From Mobula hypostoma (lineage: Eukaryota): 64,000 nt of DNA. Shown here in pieces: positions 12,433 to 25,850 of this stretch. The notes beneath the pieces are model-generated. The model saw only the letters and a program-made list of their open reading frames with translations. It made no database searches and had not been told where the DNA came from. Numbering within the stretch: position 1 is the first letter of the stretch; each line of letters starts with the position of its first letter. The stretch lies in NCBI RefSeq assembly GCF_963921235.1, contig NC_086106.1, positions 24,366,001 to 24,430,000 on the forward strand, given 5' to 3'. The translations under genes were made by a program, and so were the position numbers.

Positions 12433-15400
12433 ATGTCTAAAATACGTCGAATAGCAGAGCTGTGTTCTAAAGATACAGCCATCAGCTATGGACTTAATGT
12501 GCAGAGCATTAAAGATGCAAAAGACCTAATAGAATGTAAAAAACAAAGGAGTGCACGATGCCATAGAACCGAAGGCTGAATATGAACATTTATGTATCTT
12601 GGTCATTAACAAGAAAAGCAAATAGATCATAGTGCGCCACTATGAAACTTTCGACAGAAAATACTTCAATGTTCAAAACGATCTGGCAAATAGGTCTCAA
12701 TGATAAACATGGTAATACAACAAACCCTTTCACTACACGTACATTAATGTATCCTTTGGCATAATATCTTTCTCCGAATCGATTGGCAAAAAATCTTCAA
12801 AGAAAAATAAAAATAGAAATGACATATTTAAGAAAATACTGTGTACACTCGATAAACAATTGCTGGGGCACAGTGAGAAAGATGATTAACAGAGAAGTAT
12901 ATATAGTACACTTAGAGCAAACTTCAAAGACATATCTATCAACGAAAACAGATTTCAGTTCGCCAAGAAAGAATATGCAAACCTGCTAATAAATATATTG
13001 AACTAAAAATATGAAAGCGCAAACCAGGAAGGTGAAAAAAAATATCACTGCAGAAGAGAAACTTGCCCCATCTGGTCGTGGGATGATCGACTATAGCCGT
13101 GGTGCAGGGCTTCGGCGATGTAGTCATTCATGGCTTGGGTCTCAGAAAGGGAGAGGGCGAAAATAAAAACACGGAGAGATGTTGTTCCAGGGCGATTTCG
13201 AACGCGTAGCTTTGCGTGATCCCTAAAGAGGCAGGGGTCCCTCTTGTCTTTTACTGAACGCGATGTCTAAGTCGTGGTATACTTCTAAGTGTACTGTGAA
13301 GTTCAGTGTCTCCAGAACTAACAGTGTTATTGCAGATGAGGTGACAAGGAGGTGGTCCGGCAAAGGTCCCAAAATCGCCAGTGAACCGATTGTACAGTTG
13401 ATTTGTGAGTCGTGTGTGGGGTGCCAACTGAGAAGGCTGCTGGGTGAGTCAGTAAAAATGAATTGGACGGATTCATATTTCTGTCCGATGATTAGGTGCA
13501 CAGTCTTTTTTTCCGTGCACTGAAATATCTAAACAAAGAGAAAGTCCGTAAAGTGATGTTCATGCAGGTGATTTGGGACATAGTCTCTGTGAAAAATCCA
13601 AGTGCTACATAAATAGGCCTGTGCAGAACGTTGCCTGCTTCGCCAGAACCCACTAGAAACTTCCAGGTTCAAATCGCCTTCGATATTTGGGCAGATAGGA
13701 TGAATCGAGGTATGATGCAGAAACAAGAGGTCTGAAGCAGCTTACCATATGAAGTTCCCTCGTTTCTTCATGGTTATGCATTTTTGAAAAGGATAAAAAT
13801 ATCAGAACCATGGTATCTGTGAGGACAGAGAAATGCGCAGACGCTGGGCATCTCTGTTGCACACAACTCGTCTCTCAGGTGGTTCGTCGGACCCTGACGG
13901 TGATGGAAAGCAAGGTTGTGCAATCGAACCACACCCTACCGAGAACATACGGAGTTCCTCGGTGAAAGACAGCACTGAGTATAAGCCATAGGGCAGACGA
14001 AGTATCTGACCTGCTGTCAGCTTTGCACTTCCCTGGTATGGAAAAACGAACGCACCTGAGCTGTCAATTCCTCATATATATTGCAAATGGTCATTTTATT
14101 TTATTAACCTCATTAGCGGCAGCCGAGGCCACAGTTCAACCAGTCAGGAGACAAATGACGAAGGCATTCTTACCTCGTAGGTGGAATGTAGAGATGACTG
14201 GAATTCAAACAGAATGATGCAATGGAGCAGAAAGTCTCAAGATCAGTTTGGGGAACGTCGAAACGATCGGGGACGGGGATTGTTGGCTCCTAGATAGGAT
14301 CTCATCTGTCGAGGGGTTGAATAGTCAAGATGAAGAGTTGTTTGAGAATGGCGAACAGATGGTCATTTTTTTTTTTCTGCTGTCGATTGTATACATGTAT
14401 TGGCGGAAAATTTCCTTAAACCGAGGGAACTCTGATGGCAGAGCATTTTTTTGTGATACAACAGTGACGATAGGTTATTAATAAACGACAAAATAGAAAG
14501 CAACGTGGAGCTAGAACATCAGAAAGAATGCATACTTTATACAAGGGAATAACGTAACTGAAGGCAACGAACAGCTGATTAAGTGTCGCTGGATAAACAA
14601 ATGACTGTGGATCAGAGCAGGACTTAATATTCTGCAGGTGCTTATTTGGAAATTAATGAAAAATAGACCAATGATGTTGTAGTGGATATTCGAGGAAACA
14701 CTTCATGCCTGGATACTTTCGAATTTCCGGCTGCAAGTTCAGGGTGAAACGTCATCGGCTTGAATTGCTATCTTTTATTCTAACTCCACCGACACTGGGT
14801 GATCCACCGATGTGTCTTGATTTTTTTTTTTTTTGTTTTCACTTAGTACTGTTTGTTGTTGTTGTTTGTTTGTTTGTTTGTTTGCTTGTTTTTTGGCCAC
14901 CAGATCGTTCTAATCGCTACTCTCACGGGACACATTGATCGAATGTCGTGAAAAATTTCGTTCAGCCTATCCATGTTTCCAGTTGTTGTCGTGGCAACGG
15001 GATCATGAGGTCCATAGACAAAAATATGTTGCGGTTATTCTCGCTCTTTAGAATCAGAAGTGTACAAAAAAAAGTCACCGTAGAATAACCAGTGATGTGT
15101 GATTCGTTAAGGCTGCATATTGAGTGACCGATGTTGAAATATGATATAATAAACAAACCTGCTTTTTATGTGTTCACATACTTTCATTACGATTATGAAA
15201 CATTGATTGGACGTTTGGAAATTCGTTCTGTTTCCCTCCACGGAAATTGCCTGAGATCGCTGAACGTTTCGAGTATTCCTTCTTTTCTGTTTTATACTAC
15301 ACACATTCACACACGAAATCATCTCAAATCATACTGAATTGTACGGACCGTATCATGATGGTACCTGTCGTATGATGCGTCCAACCTCGATTTTGCTTGG

Positions 15401-15588
15401 AATACCTTTGGAATGCCTCTTCGTACCTGCTCATCAAAATATCTTTCTCTCCATAATACACTTTGAAGTCGTAACAATCTATATGAATATTGGCGAGATT
15501 GTAATGCACCGATGAAGGGAGGATATTCACAGCGACATGATCTGGCTTTTTATCTATCAGTCTTTCTTATCCTTCTGCCATCAACACA

Positions 15589-15627
<39 letters not shown>

Positions 15628-16039
15628 AAGCACGGGCAGGCATTCGTAAATCGTAAAGGAACGATAAAAAAAAGAGTTGATGTTCCGGGTAAAATCAGTG
15701 AATAGAAGTCCAGAGAAAGCAATCGACGAGACTTCAGCGACTAAATGTGGACTTTTGAAAGCACAGCACAGTGATTACCATACAACACGCAGAGTCCATG
15801 GAAGAAGTGTGGTCATGTCTGTTATATCAAAGGTGCAGACACTCATCAACGTAAGTCTTGATAGAGTTGGTTAACACTATGGCATAGCCATACAAATTCC
15901 AGGACGAATTAGCGAATATTGCCCTTTTCACTGATTTAAAGCAGTCCTGTATGTGTTCCCACACATCCGTCCGTTATACCTTGGAGGTATTCAAAACCTC
16001 GATTGTCGCCTGCAGTGTTTGCTTGCAAAGCAGAAATAG

Positions 16040-16212
16040 AACAGCCCGGTGATCAGACAAACGATAGGGTCTTTGAAGAGACGCCTGGGTTGCTACATTG
16101 GGCTTAGAAATATAGAGGTCTATGAGTAAAACCTATGTAGTTGTAAGGTAGGGACATGTTCGACACAGGTTTGTGGGCCGCGGGGTCTGATTGTGCTGTA
16201 TATTCTCTGTGT
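16040..16212 (+). mobile_element. CR1 3' end fragment
   Basis: ...tgtgggccgcggggtctgattgtgctgta...ttctatgcttctat, a typical CR1 3' UTR and tail. Confidence 0.7.
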
Positions 16213-18019
16213 TTCCCTGTTCTATGCTTCTATTTCATGTCGTGAGCATGGGATGACAAGGGAAGCATTTTTTGACGGTGGTAGTTAACCATATTGGTAC
16301 CTCAGTTTCTACAGATGATATTTTGTTGTACTTGGTCAGAAACATATTCAAGCTGGCCTCCTAAATTTCTCCACATTTTTTCGGAAGGCATCGGTTGCTT
16401 CGTGAATGTTGGTCACTGCGGTCAGCTCCTGAATGTCTGACTGCCTTTACTCAGTGAAGAATAATCTCTCTCTAGCATCTTGCTTTGTAGCCAGATATTT
16501 TATTTTAAAGAGATTAACACTCGCCAGAAGTAAACGGGACATAGTGGTCAAATGGCTCTGTCTTTAAATCGAACTTGCAAATCAGTTCAGTTTAGGCATT
16601 GTTTTTCCTAAAGGGAAAATCTACTCGTGTCCTGAATCTGCATCCACTGATTTTGAGTATAAATGGATACTTTTCGTTTTAAAATGATATCTCTTTCTGA
16701 AGTACCTATGGTCGTGAATGTTGATTTCAGCTGTAGAAGTGTGAAGCGAGAATATTTGATCATTTATCTCGGAGCTGAGAGTCGCCACTTTCGGGTGCCA
16801 TTTTGTGCGGCGTCACAGACCACAATGTCATGTACATATTCTCTTAAATTGCGTATGGACCTTTAACTATATCATCAATGGTGGAATTTGAAGAAAAATC
16901 ATTTATTCTACTGGGATTCCATCGGTGTGCGTTTTAAATTCGAAGATCATCCACTTCTTTCTCGCGCATTCATTAATCTTTCATCCGTGACCCAATCTCA
17001 TATGTATGATTGGAGAAGCATTCTGTTTTTTTTTCCAGAAGATTTTCATCAATTTGACACAATATTTCATGCGCTCTAGAAATATAGCGACATTGCATCT
17101 TCAGTTACACTTTTATCTTTATTGTGTCTCTGTCAAAAGGCGACAGCAAGGTACTAGCCTTGATTTCCAGCTAGTTTGCGCACTAAAACTACAGGTAATG
17201 CATAAAATACATTCAGCTGTCAGGTAAATGCTTTGAAATGTATTGTTTCTGTTTTTCTAACTATGAGTTCAATTCGACATATATTCATAAACATTTACTC
17301 AATTTTGTTTCATAATTAGCCGCCTCACCCAAGTGAACAAAGTGAACCTCACTGTTTTGTGCGTGTTTTCCTTCCAGTTTCTGCGCAAAGCGGGCGCAAT
17401 TCTGAATACTCATTGGAACACTCAGTGCATAAACAAATTTAAAAATGGAGTCCAGATTAAAGTTCATCTATTTCCAATCAGTTTATTCCAAATCGCCAAC
17501 ACTGAAAATTTAAATCTGATTATCTTTATTCTTCCATTCGTTTTAAGCTGAGGAAGGATTCAGCTTGATCCTCTCTGTCTGTCGCTAACTCAACTGACTC
17601 CAATTCTCGCTCTTCCGAGCTCATCACCGTTTCTCTCTGACTCTCCCTTTTTCTCTCACTCGTCAACAATATAAACCTTCTTCTATCTTCCTTCCTCTCC
17701 TTCTCTATCTCTCCCCGCTCCCCATTTCCCTCTCTCTCTCTTTTGAGTGTCTACAGTATTAGCTCATCTGTGACTGAGTGTGCCACCTTGTCGTTCATTT
17801 TGTCCCTGTATCACGCACTATTCATGCTCTACATTGCTCATTACCTGCGTAATTCTATCCATCTGAGCATTTCTCCAGGATTATTTTTTTCCAACTGTCC
17901 ATATTATCGTCAAGAATATTTTCTCCACAGATTTTTTTTGTGCGCAATATGCTTTTTTTTTTCAAAACGCTATTAAGCAAATTACATCGGCAACAGCAGT
18001 TGTGACATTATAATACATT

Positions 18020-18610
18020 ACAAGACCCTTGGTCCATAAGATATATGAGCCTAAATAGGCCATCTGGCCTATCAAGCATACTCCTACATTTTGTCATACC
18101 TCATTCAATTTTCCTCAGCCCAAATATTCTGCTTCTCCCTGTATCCCTTCATGTGCTCCTTATGTCCTGACCAATCAAAAGATCGATCAAGCTCTGTCTT
18201 AAAAATGGATAAGACTTAAACATACATAAAGCTGTCCAGTTCCTCAAAACTAACTGCATCTCCCACCTACCCACTTATCTTCATACGGCTGGCAAGCTTT
18301 CTAACAAACAACGGCATAACTCCCATTATCCCAGTCATTGACATGTAACAGACTAAGAACGTGCCCCGGCACTGAACCACCACGAGCCGTCGGCAGCCAA
18401 TCAGCCGAGGTTCTCTTTATTCCCACTCTTTGCGTCCTGCCAATCACCGCTTGTCGTTGCTGAAATATTTTCTGTAAAATCATAGGCTAATGTGTGGAAA
18501 CTTTTCATCGGCTTTCTGAAACTCAAAATAGACACATTAACTGACTCTCCTTTATCGATGTTGCTTGTTTTATCGTCCAGGATTTTAAAAGCTTTGTGAT
18601 GCAATATTTT
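18020..18610 (-). mobile_element. Decayed CR1 fragment
   Basis: Tail-like ccataagatatatgagcctaaataggccatc followed by RT-region remnants (reverse of GVPQGS and MDFxKAFD-like segments). Confidence 0.65.
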
Positions 18611-19225
18611 ACCTTAAGGGAACCGGACTGACTACGCCCTGGTTTATTATCTGCCTCCAAGTACACAGTGATAATAACGATAATATTGTTAATAACGACT
18701 CCAACATATTCCCAGCCACTGCGTTTAGATTAACTGTCCTATAGTTTCCTTTATTTTGATTATCTTGCTTCTTGGATATTTGCAATTTACAAATGGTAGT
18801 TCCGGAACTATTCTGGAAGGTAGTGAATTATGAGGATCTTCCTTCATCAACCATGTATACTGAAGGATGCTGCGTCATTGAATTTTTTCCAGTTGTTCCT
18901 GCGAAAGCAGATAAAAAAGCATGAACAGCCCAGATTCGGACTGGATCCATGCGACAAACGTATTAGACTTTTTCACAACTTAAATGGCAGAATGGCGAAC
19001 ACATCAGGAAAGAAGAAAAAAATAATGCATGACAAAGTACCATTCGAAAGGATGGTTACATTCCAGCATATACATAAATATAATTGACCTCCATTAGAGA
19101 AAGGGATCTGAATAGCGGGGCTCTTCACCGTCTATAAAACTGTGTACTGCTAAATGATTGTCTGGTAGCTCTTTACCCCTGTCATGACCATCGGAACATT
19201 TACTTAGTTTATAAGTCATTGTATC

Positions 19226-20670
19226 TGTGACACCCTCGCAATGGTTTCACGGCTAAGGTAATGGTATTTCCGTATTGGTCGTGTATGAGTCATGGTTAAG
19301 TTAACAGGCGCTTTGGAATGTGAGCCGTCCAATGAAGGGACTATATTTTTCGATTGGTGTGCCTGACACCGGTGTGAGTTGGGACTTTGATTCGGCGGGA
19401 CAGGTAGGGAAAGGACGCCTGACAGAACCGGTAGGAGGACTCGACCCGGAATGATTAATCGCAGCCCGGGGAGTATGAAAGAGGATCGACGTGAGCTGCA
19501 ACTTGTGCACATTATATTGATACATTAAAATGGGCGCTTCCTTTTTTTTTGCTCTTTTCTTAAATAATACTTTAGACAAAATAGGAATTATAATGCTAAA
19601 TAGTTTAATTTTATGCAGTGTATTGTCCATTATTTCGTGGTACTTATTTGTAATAAGGTAACAAACCATACAGCATCCACACGAACAGGGCGATTCTGTG
19701 GATTTGATTGAACCTCCCACGGGTGGCGGACTCGGAGATATTCTTCGCTAGAAGTACGCAGCCGACTGAACCGGAATGCTTCAATTGTGGGACTCGTCCG
19801 GAATAGAATTCGCTGGAATGATTACCATGAGTGTTGATCCAGTGGGTTTTGTGTTCAACTCTGTGCTAAACTACTACCCGGTAAAGTGATTACGGTATTT
19901 GGCTATGGATGCTGTTGCATTGGGGTAGACAGTGGTATTCCTACTGAATTGTTAATTCGAATTTTCAGTACTTTTAAAGCTGTAAAAATCTTACGATTGT
20001 GAGGTGATAAAACAGCGGACAACGACTTTGTTTGAGAGTACGGGAGAGGCCCGAATTGCAAATCAAGCCTCTGGTAACTGGGGGTGGAGATTTCAATTTC
20101 AGGGTACTCTCGTTTCAACGGAGCAAGAGGATAGAGTGTTCTGAAGTGAAATGTTCAATGAGTACCCCAGGGAGAAGTAGAAATTCTGAGTAGGTAGTGG
20201 TCCATAGCTCCTTAGCGAATAAATGGGAAAATGCCCAGGTTCAAAGTCCAAGCTATTTTCTCGGGAACGAAACCCACCACTTAAGTGGAAGAAGCGCATG
20301 AGACGGTTAGAGCAGAATTCACAGTGGTTAGATGAGTGGGCAGGTCTCTTATGATGTAAACGACGGTGATTGGTTGAAAGTTTAAGAGGGTGGCTTGCTG
20401 ATGTAGTGAGAGCTCTAAAGACACATAAAGGATTTGTCCCTTGAGAAGTCTTTGGTAAGACGAGAAGCCCAACGGAGCTCATGACGGGGTTTAAAAACAT
20501 GCCTCACGAGGAAGGAGAGCTACCTCTTGCCTACATTTTTCCGCTGGAAATGCCGCTGAATTGCTTGCGGCGTAGTGGAGCCATTCAGACGGATGAGGTG
20601 GATCAGTTAAGAATGAACCAAATAACGACAGACGCCCAGTCCCAGAAACTGATCACTCGGGGAATGAAAA
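19226..20670 (+). mobile_element. Truncated Gypsy element: LTR, PBS and decayed PNMA-like gag
   Basis: LTR tgtgac...cttca at about 19226-19783 resembles the LTRs at 97 and 55535; PBS-like tgtgggactcgtccggaat at 19786-19804; gag remnant LRRSGAIQTDEVDQLRMNQI is homologous to 1600-1670. Confidence 0.8.
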
Positions 20671-20909
20671 GATCATGTTTCATTCCTAGCAATTTCGTTG
20701 CGCGAAGTGCTTTTGTGTTTTTTGCAGATGAAGTAACAAAATTACGCTACTGTATGCACTGTCGCTTCTGAAACTCTGATTTGCTTCTCGGTTTCTGTCT
20801 GTTAAAGTGCACGCTGCAGATCGCGATGAATGTAATATTCTCTGCAAGGATATGCTTGCCTGAGCACTATTACAGAATCATAGTTATCGGATGATTATGA
20901 GATCTGAAT

Positions 20910-21790
20910 CCCAGAAGACATAGGAACAGCATTAGGCAACGCTTTGTCTATCGAGTCTGCTCTGTTCTGCTGGCTGAAGGAAGTTCTCCGCATCTTTGTT
21001 TTCAATGGACGACACCATATTCTGAAGCTGTGGCCTTTTGTCCTAGACTTTCACAACATGGGAAACATCCTTTACTCACAGTTTCTGTCTCGGACATTCA
21101 ATATTAGAAAGGTTTAAATATGATACCCCATATCATTGTAAATTGCAGCAGGAACAGAGCAGGAGCCATCTTCTGAAAAGCCTTTCATTTACCGAATCAT
21201 GTTCGTGAATCTCCACTGAGCCATCACAAATGCTAACACATATCTTCTTCGGTGTGGATTCCAAAAACCGTTTACAATCCTCAAGGTGAGGCTTCGCCTG
21301 GGCCGTACAAATACTGAACATCGCACATCTAATCTTGAATTATTGATATCTTGGAATGACTGTATTTGCCTTCCTCGCCACTGATTCAACCTGCAAGTTA
21401 ACCTCCAGGCTGCTCTGCATAAGGGCACCCAAAGTCGTTTTGTATCTGAGATTTTTTTTTAATTTTCTCTCCGTTTAAAAATAGTCTGCACATTATATTT
21501 CTATTAGCGACGTTCATGATCATGCATTTCCAACATTCTATTTGATTTCCCACTTTCCTGACCGTAATGTGTTTAATTCCTTCTCCAGCCTACCTTTTTG
21601 CCTCAACACTACACAACCCTCTAACATCACTTGCAGACTTACTAATAGAACCATCTATCATCAGAATTGTCGAAAAACAACATAAGAAAAAGTTGTCCCA
21701 ACGCCGACGATAAAAAGAAGCTGTTCCAGCACTGAACGCTGCGGAAGAGCACGAGCCGCTAGTAGCCATTAACGTTGCGTGTATCATTAA
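20910..21790 (-). mobile_element. Decayed CR1 fragments
   Basis: CR1 tail-like start (aagacataggaacagcattagg) and reverse-strand remnants of AKPHLEYC and KFADD regions. Confidence 0.6.
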
Positions 21791-22059
21791 AAAGACACGG
21801 AGATATGAGCTGTAGATTTATGCCTCGGCCAAATTACTTCCGCTGACATAGGAGAATCTCTGGATTGCTTCGCAAAGCTACAGAAAGACTGTATATTTAA
21901 CTGTTATTGGCGTTCTTACAGCGAACTATGCTGTGTGCCCTCTCCCTTGATGATGGATTTTTGCCAGGAAAAATATGAAATCAAGTGTACATGCTATCCC
22001 GCAACGTCTTTAAAACAAAGGCTTTTCTGTCATGATGCTGTTCCGAGATTTCAATTCAG

Positions 22060-22480
22060 TACTCAAAACTAATCTCCCACAGAGCTTAGTGGATAAGCTC
22101 CTACTCTCAATCTAAATACACTGGACTTCCTAACCAACCAACCTCAGATAATTAGGATGCACAACCGGTTCTCCCTCCCATCCCATCCTTAGCACAGGTG
22201 CTCTCCAGGGCTCTGTGCTGAGCCGAGTGTTGTATGCTCACTTAACAAATCACTGCAAGCCCAAAGTCCTCAACAATGGCATTGTCCAGTATGCGGATGA
22301 CAATACTGTGGTGGGATACATCTGCAACAACCATTAGACGGTCCACAGAGATCAGGTGATAGAACATAAATCTTGTTCCGAAGGGAATGCCCTCTTCCTG
22401 AATATCGACAAGAGAAAGGAAATGATTGTTGATACACACTACTCACAACTCTCTTTGCATCAATGCTACAGCAATAGAAA
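22060..22480 (+). mobile_element. L2/Rex-like RT fragment
   Basis: Remnants GAPQGxVLS (ggtgctctccagggctctgtgctgagc), YADDxT (tatgcggatgacaatact) and LNIDKRKEMIVD. Confidence 0.75.
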
Positions 22481-23486
22481 CTGTGAGCAGCGGTTTCAGC
22501 GGACAATAAGAGTCTTCACTTTATCATTTCAATTAAATGTATTGCTACTCGTACATGACGAAATTTCTCGTACGCTCTTGTCCAGTACTGAGAACGCCCT
22601 CTGGTACCCTGCCTTCCAGTACTCGAAATGCCACAGGCAAATCTACATGGAAAAGTGACATACGGTAGAGACCGACACGGGATGAATAAATAGAACATCT
22701 TGCCTTTGCATTGCCGATTTTTGAAAAACCCGACGACTAGACCTGGTTAACGCGACACCAAAGTCTGTTCCTAAAACAAATAGTTTTGCAACATATCTCG
22801 GAGTTCCTTGATCATTTTAATAATGCATAAATACATTCGTGTGAGCTAGGGCCCTTTGTTCGACGGGAGGTGAAGAAAGAAGACATTATCCAATGAGAGA
22901 CCCGTTTGTCTGAGATGGATTGCTGATATGTCTGGAAGGTGGTATATGCCCTCATGCAGACCAAGGGCCCAAAGCGTGAGTTACAGAAAAAGTAAAAGAT
23001 AAGGTACAATTTGTGCACTTTTGACTGTTTAATTACACTGGGACTTTGTGTTTTTTAACGTACCCACAACCCTGAGTTTCTGTTAGGAGAGCCATCTCAA
23101 TCACACGTGTTAGGTGGGACAGGAACTGTTTTCCCCAGACTTATGCACCCAAAGAAGAGAGGTGCTTTAATGTCTTTGCGTGTGTCAGCAAGAGAGATGG
23201 AGAGAGAAATTGAGAAAGACGGGGAGGGGTCTGCATGTAAGAGAGTCTCTTTACGAACAGCGTTGTAATTAACTCCAAACACTTCAATACCTCGAAATAG
23301 GATAACGCTGTGAGCGAGAGGGAAAACATCTTGTTTCAAAGAAGGAGAAAACACAGAAATACACGAGAAAACACACAGATGGCGAGATTTGGAGTGCCAG
23401 ATTTCTGTCCTCGCTTTGTCAATATCAGTGGGAGTAATAACGAAACGGGAGAGAGACGATTACATGGGAATACGGCGGCACAGCAG

Positions 23487-23646
23487 NNNNNNNNNNNNNN
23501 NNNNNNNNNNNNNNNNNNNNNNNNNNNNNNNNNNNNNNNNNNNNNNNNNNNNNNNNNNNNNNNNNNNNNNNNNNNNNNNNNNNNNNNNNNNNNNNNNNNN
23601 NNNNNNNNNNNNNNNNNNNNNNNNNNNNNNNNNNNNNNNNNNNNNN
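23487..23646. other. Assembly gap (160 N)
   Basis: Run of n characters. Confidence 1.
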
Positions 23647-23869
23647 TGTATGCTTTTATCTGTCAATCCGGCATCCTCTGTCTGTCTGATGTTTTAATAG
23701 CAGCGGAGAACTAAAACATGCAAGGCAACGTTTCTGATCTCATCGACCTTCTCCCCAGAAGTCTATGGCCGCATTGGTGTAGAAGTATACAGCGCAGTCT
23801 TACACAGACTCCCCAGGATATATTCCTTCGAACTTGTGCAGCTCAGCGTTACACATGCCTGGTCATTCT

Positions 23870-25065
23870 GGAGCAACATATGCAAAATGCTGGATAAACT
23901 CAGCAGCCCAGACAGCATCTGCGGAAAAAGAGCAAACATTCGACGTTTAGGATATTTCTTCAGTACTAGATAGGCAGGCGATATATCATACTGAGAAGAT
24001 AGGGATAGTGAGGGCAGTTCAAGATGGCAGGCGGTAGGTGAAACTACGAGAGAGGTGAGGCTATATAGGAAAGAGCAATTGTTGATTGGTCAAATAGATT
24101 TAAAAAAACTGATAGGTGAAACAGTAGACCAAGGATGGTAGGGAAAAGAGGGGAGCATCATGGGGAGACGATACACAGGTAAGTTGAGAGAGGTAAACAA
24201 AAACCTGCAACTTTGACGGAGCTGCAGGACAATTGGGTAGTTGTAAAATTTGAGGTCAATGCAATCATTTTGGAAGCTAACCAGAACGTTGATAAGGTGG
24301 TGTTCCTCCACCCGGAGTGTGGCCTCATCGTGACAGAGGAGTAGACATAGATTCACATGTGGATGGGAATGGGAAGCAGATTTGGAATGGACGGCCACCG
24401 TGAGATGCCGCTCTTGTGGTAAACATGCTATAGGTCTTTCAATCGACGTCGGGTCTCTCCGTTATACAGAAGCACAGCATACAGTGCATAATCTCAATCG
24501 GAAAACAAACACAGATCACAATAGATTTGCAGGAAAAGATTCCCCTCACTTTGAAGGACAGTTTGTGTCGCTGAATAGCAGTCGACGACCAGGTGTAGGG
24601 GCAGGTGCCGTATTTGTTCCACTTGTAAGGATAAGTACCTGGAGAGAGATCAGTGGGGAGGGGGCAGTTGACAAATGAGTCACGTAGGGAGGGGTCATTT
24701 GCCGAAAGCGCGTGGTGTGGGTTAGAGGGAAAGCTAAGCTTGTGCAGAATGCCGTTGGTGATGGCGGAAGTTACGTGCAGATGCGGAGGCTGGTGGTGTG
24801 GTAGGTCATGACAAAATCAGAATAAACACAGGTGTGGCGGTGGGAGGATGGGGTGCGGGATGTTGTGCGCGAAATAGAAGGGATGTGGGGAGTACAGCGT
24901 TTATGTTGGAGGAATGAAAGCGCCTTTCGTTGAAGAGGAAGGACATCTCAATTGTTCTGTAATGAAAACCCACATCCTGAGTGGAGATGCTGCAGACTTT
25001 GAGGAAATAAGAAACGGGGTGGCATATTTTCAAGTTACAGGGTGAGAAAATGTATACTCTAAATA
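23870..25065 (-). mobile_element. Decayed Penelope-like element fragment
   Basis: EATLRVEEHHLI, SHSHPH and reverse-strand GIY-YIG remnants homologous to 11428-12432; degenerate pLTR at 23870-23965. Confidence 0.8.
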
Positions 25066-25621
25066 AATATATTCTCTAGAGTTTAAGAATTTGCTCGTGA
25101 AAGTTGACATATTCCTGCGATATATGTTCAGCAGGTATTTTGGAGATATCCAGCCATGCTAAAATGCAAGGTTGCATTCCCTTTGGAGTAACTACAATTC
25201 AATATTATGATGGTCCTTTCTCAGCCCATGAATTTAAACAGAATATAAACCGCGTTCTCGCATCTTGGTGATAGACGTCCTGCAAGAAAGAGAACAGCCA
25301 CTTGAACGAAAGCTTACTGATTAGCATCGCCCATTAAGTCTATGAAGAACAGAGAGAAGGCATGTCACCTAAATTCATCTTTCTGTCTCCATTTACCATG
25401 CATTATCTCTCCTTCTTTCTGCGTCTCTCTCCATGGATCCTTCTCTCTGTTTATATCTAATTATTTTCCCTCTCTCGCTCTAGCGCTCTCTCTCTCTACA
25501 GGCGTCTATCTCCCTACTTCCATGTATCCATCTCTCCCTATTTAACTTTCTGTCCATTTATGTGTCATCTCTGTGTGGATTGTTTGTATTTTCTCTCTTT
25601 CTAGCTATTTCTCTTCCCTCC

Positions 25622-25850
25622 AAACACACTCAAAATCCTATGGTATCTCAGCAGATCAAGCAGTATCTATGGACAAAAAATTCCAGTCGACGGTTCGGGC
25701 CGACATCCTTCGGCAGGACTGGAGAGAAAAAAAAAGTTTCGCTCAAAAGGTCGATTGTGCTTTTTATCCAATGGATGCTGCCTAGTCTGCTGAGTTCGTC
25801 GTCCAGGATTTTGTGTATGTTGCTCAGATTTAGCATTGCAGAATTTCTCA
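25622..25850. mobile_element. Palindromic Penelope pLTR-derived mini-element (older copy)
   Basis: Left arm caaaatcct...ctcagcaga...cagtcgac mirrors right arm gtcgattg...tctgctgag...aggattttg; degenerate hammerhead on the minus strand at 25684-25721. Confidence 0.7.

Noticed and set aside
12869-20326. Isolated CACAGTG heptamers (12869, 15767, 18664, 20320) as RSSs
   Set aside because: No nonamer at 12 or 23 nt spacing and no adjacent V, D or J coding sequence
23310-23714. ORFs spanning 23.3-23.7 kb
   Set aside because: Artefacts of translating through the N gap
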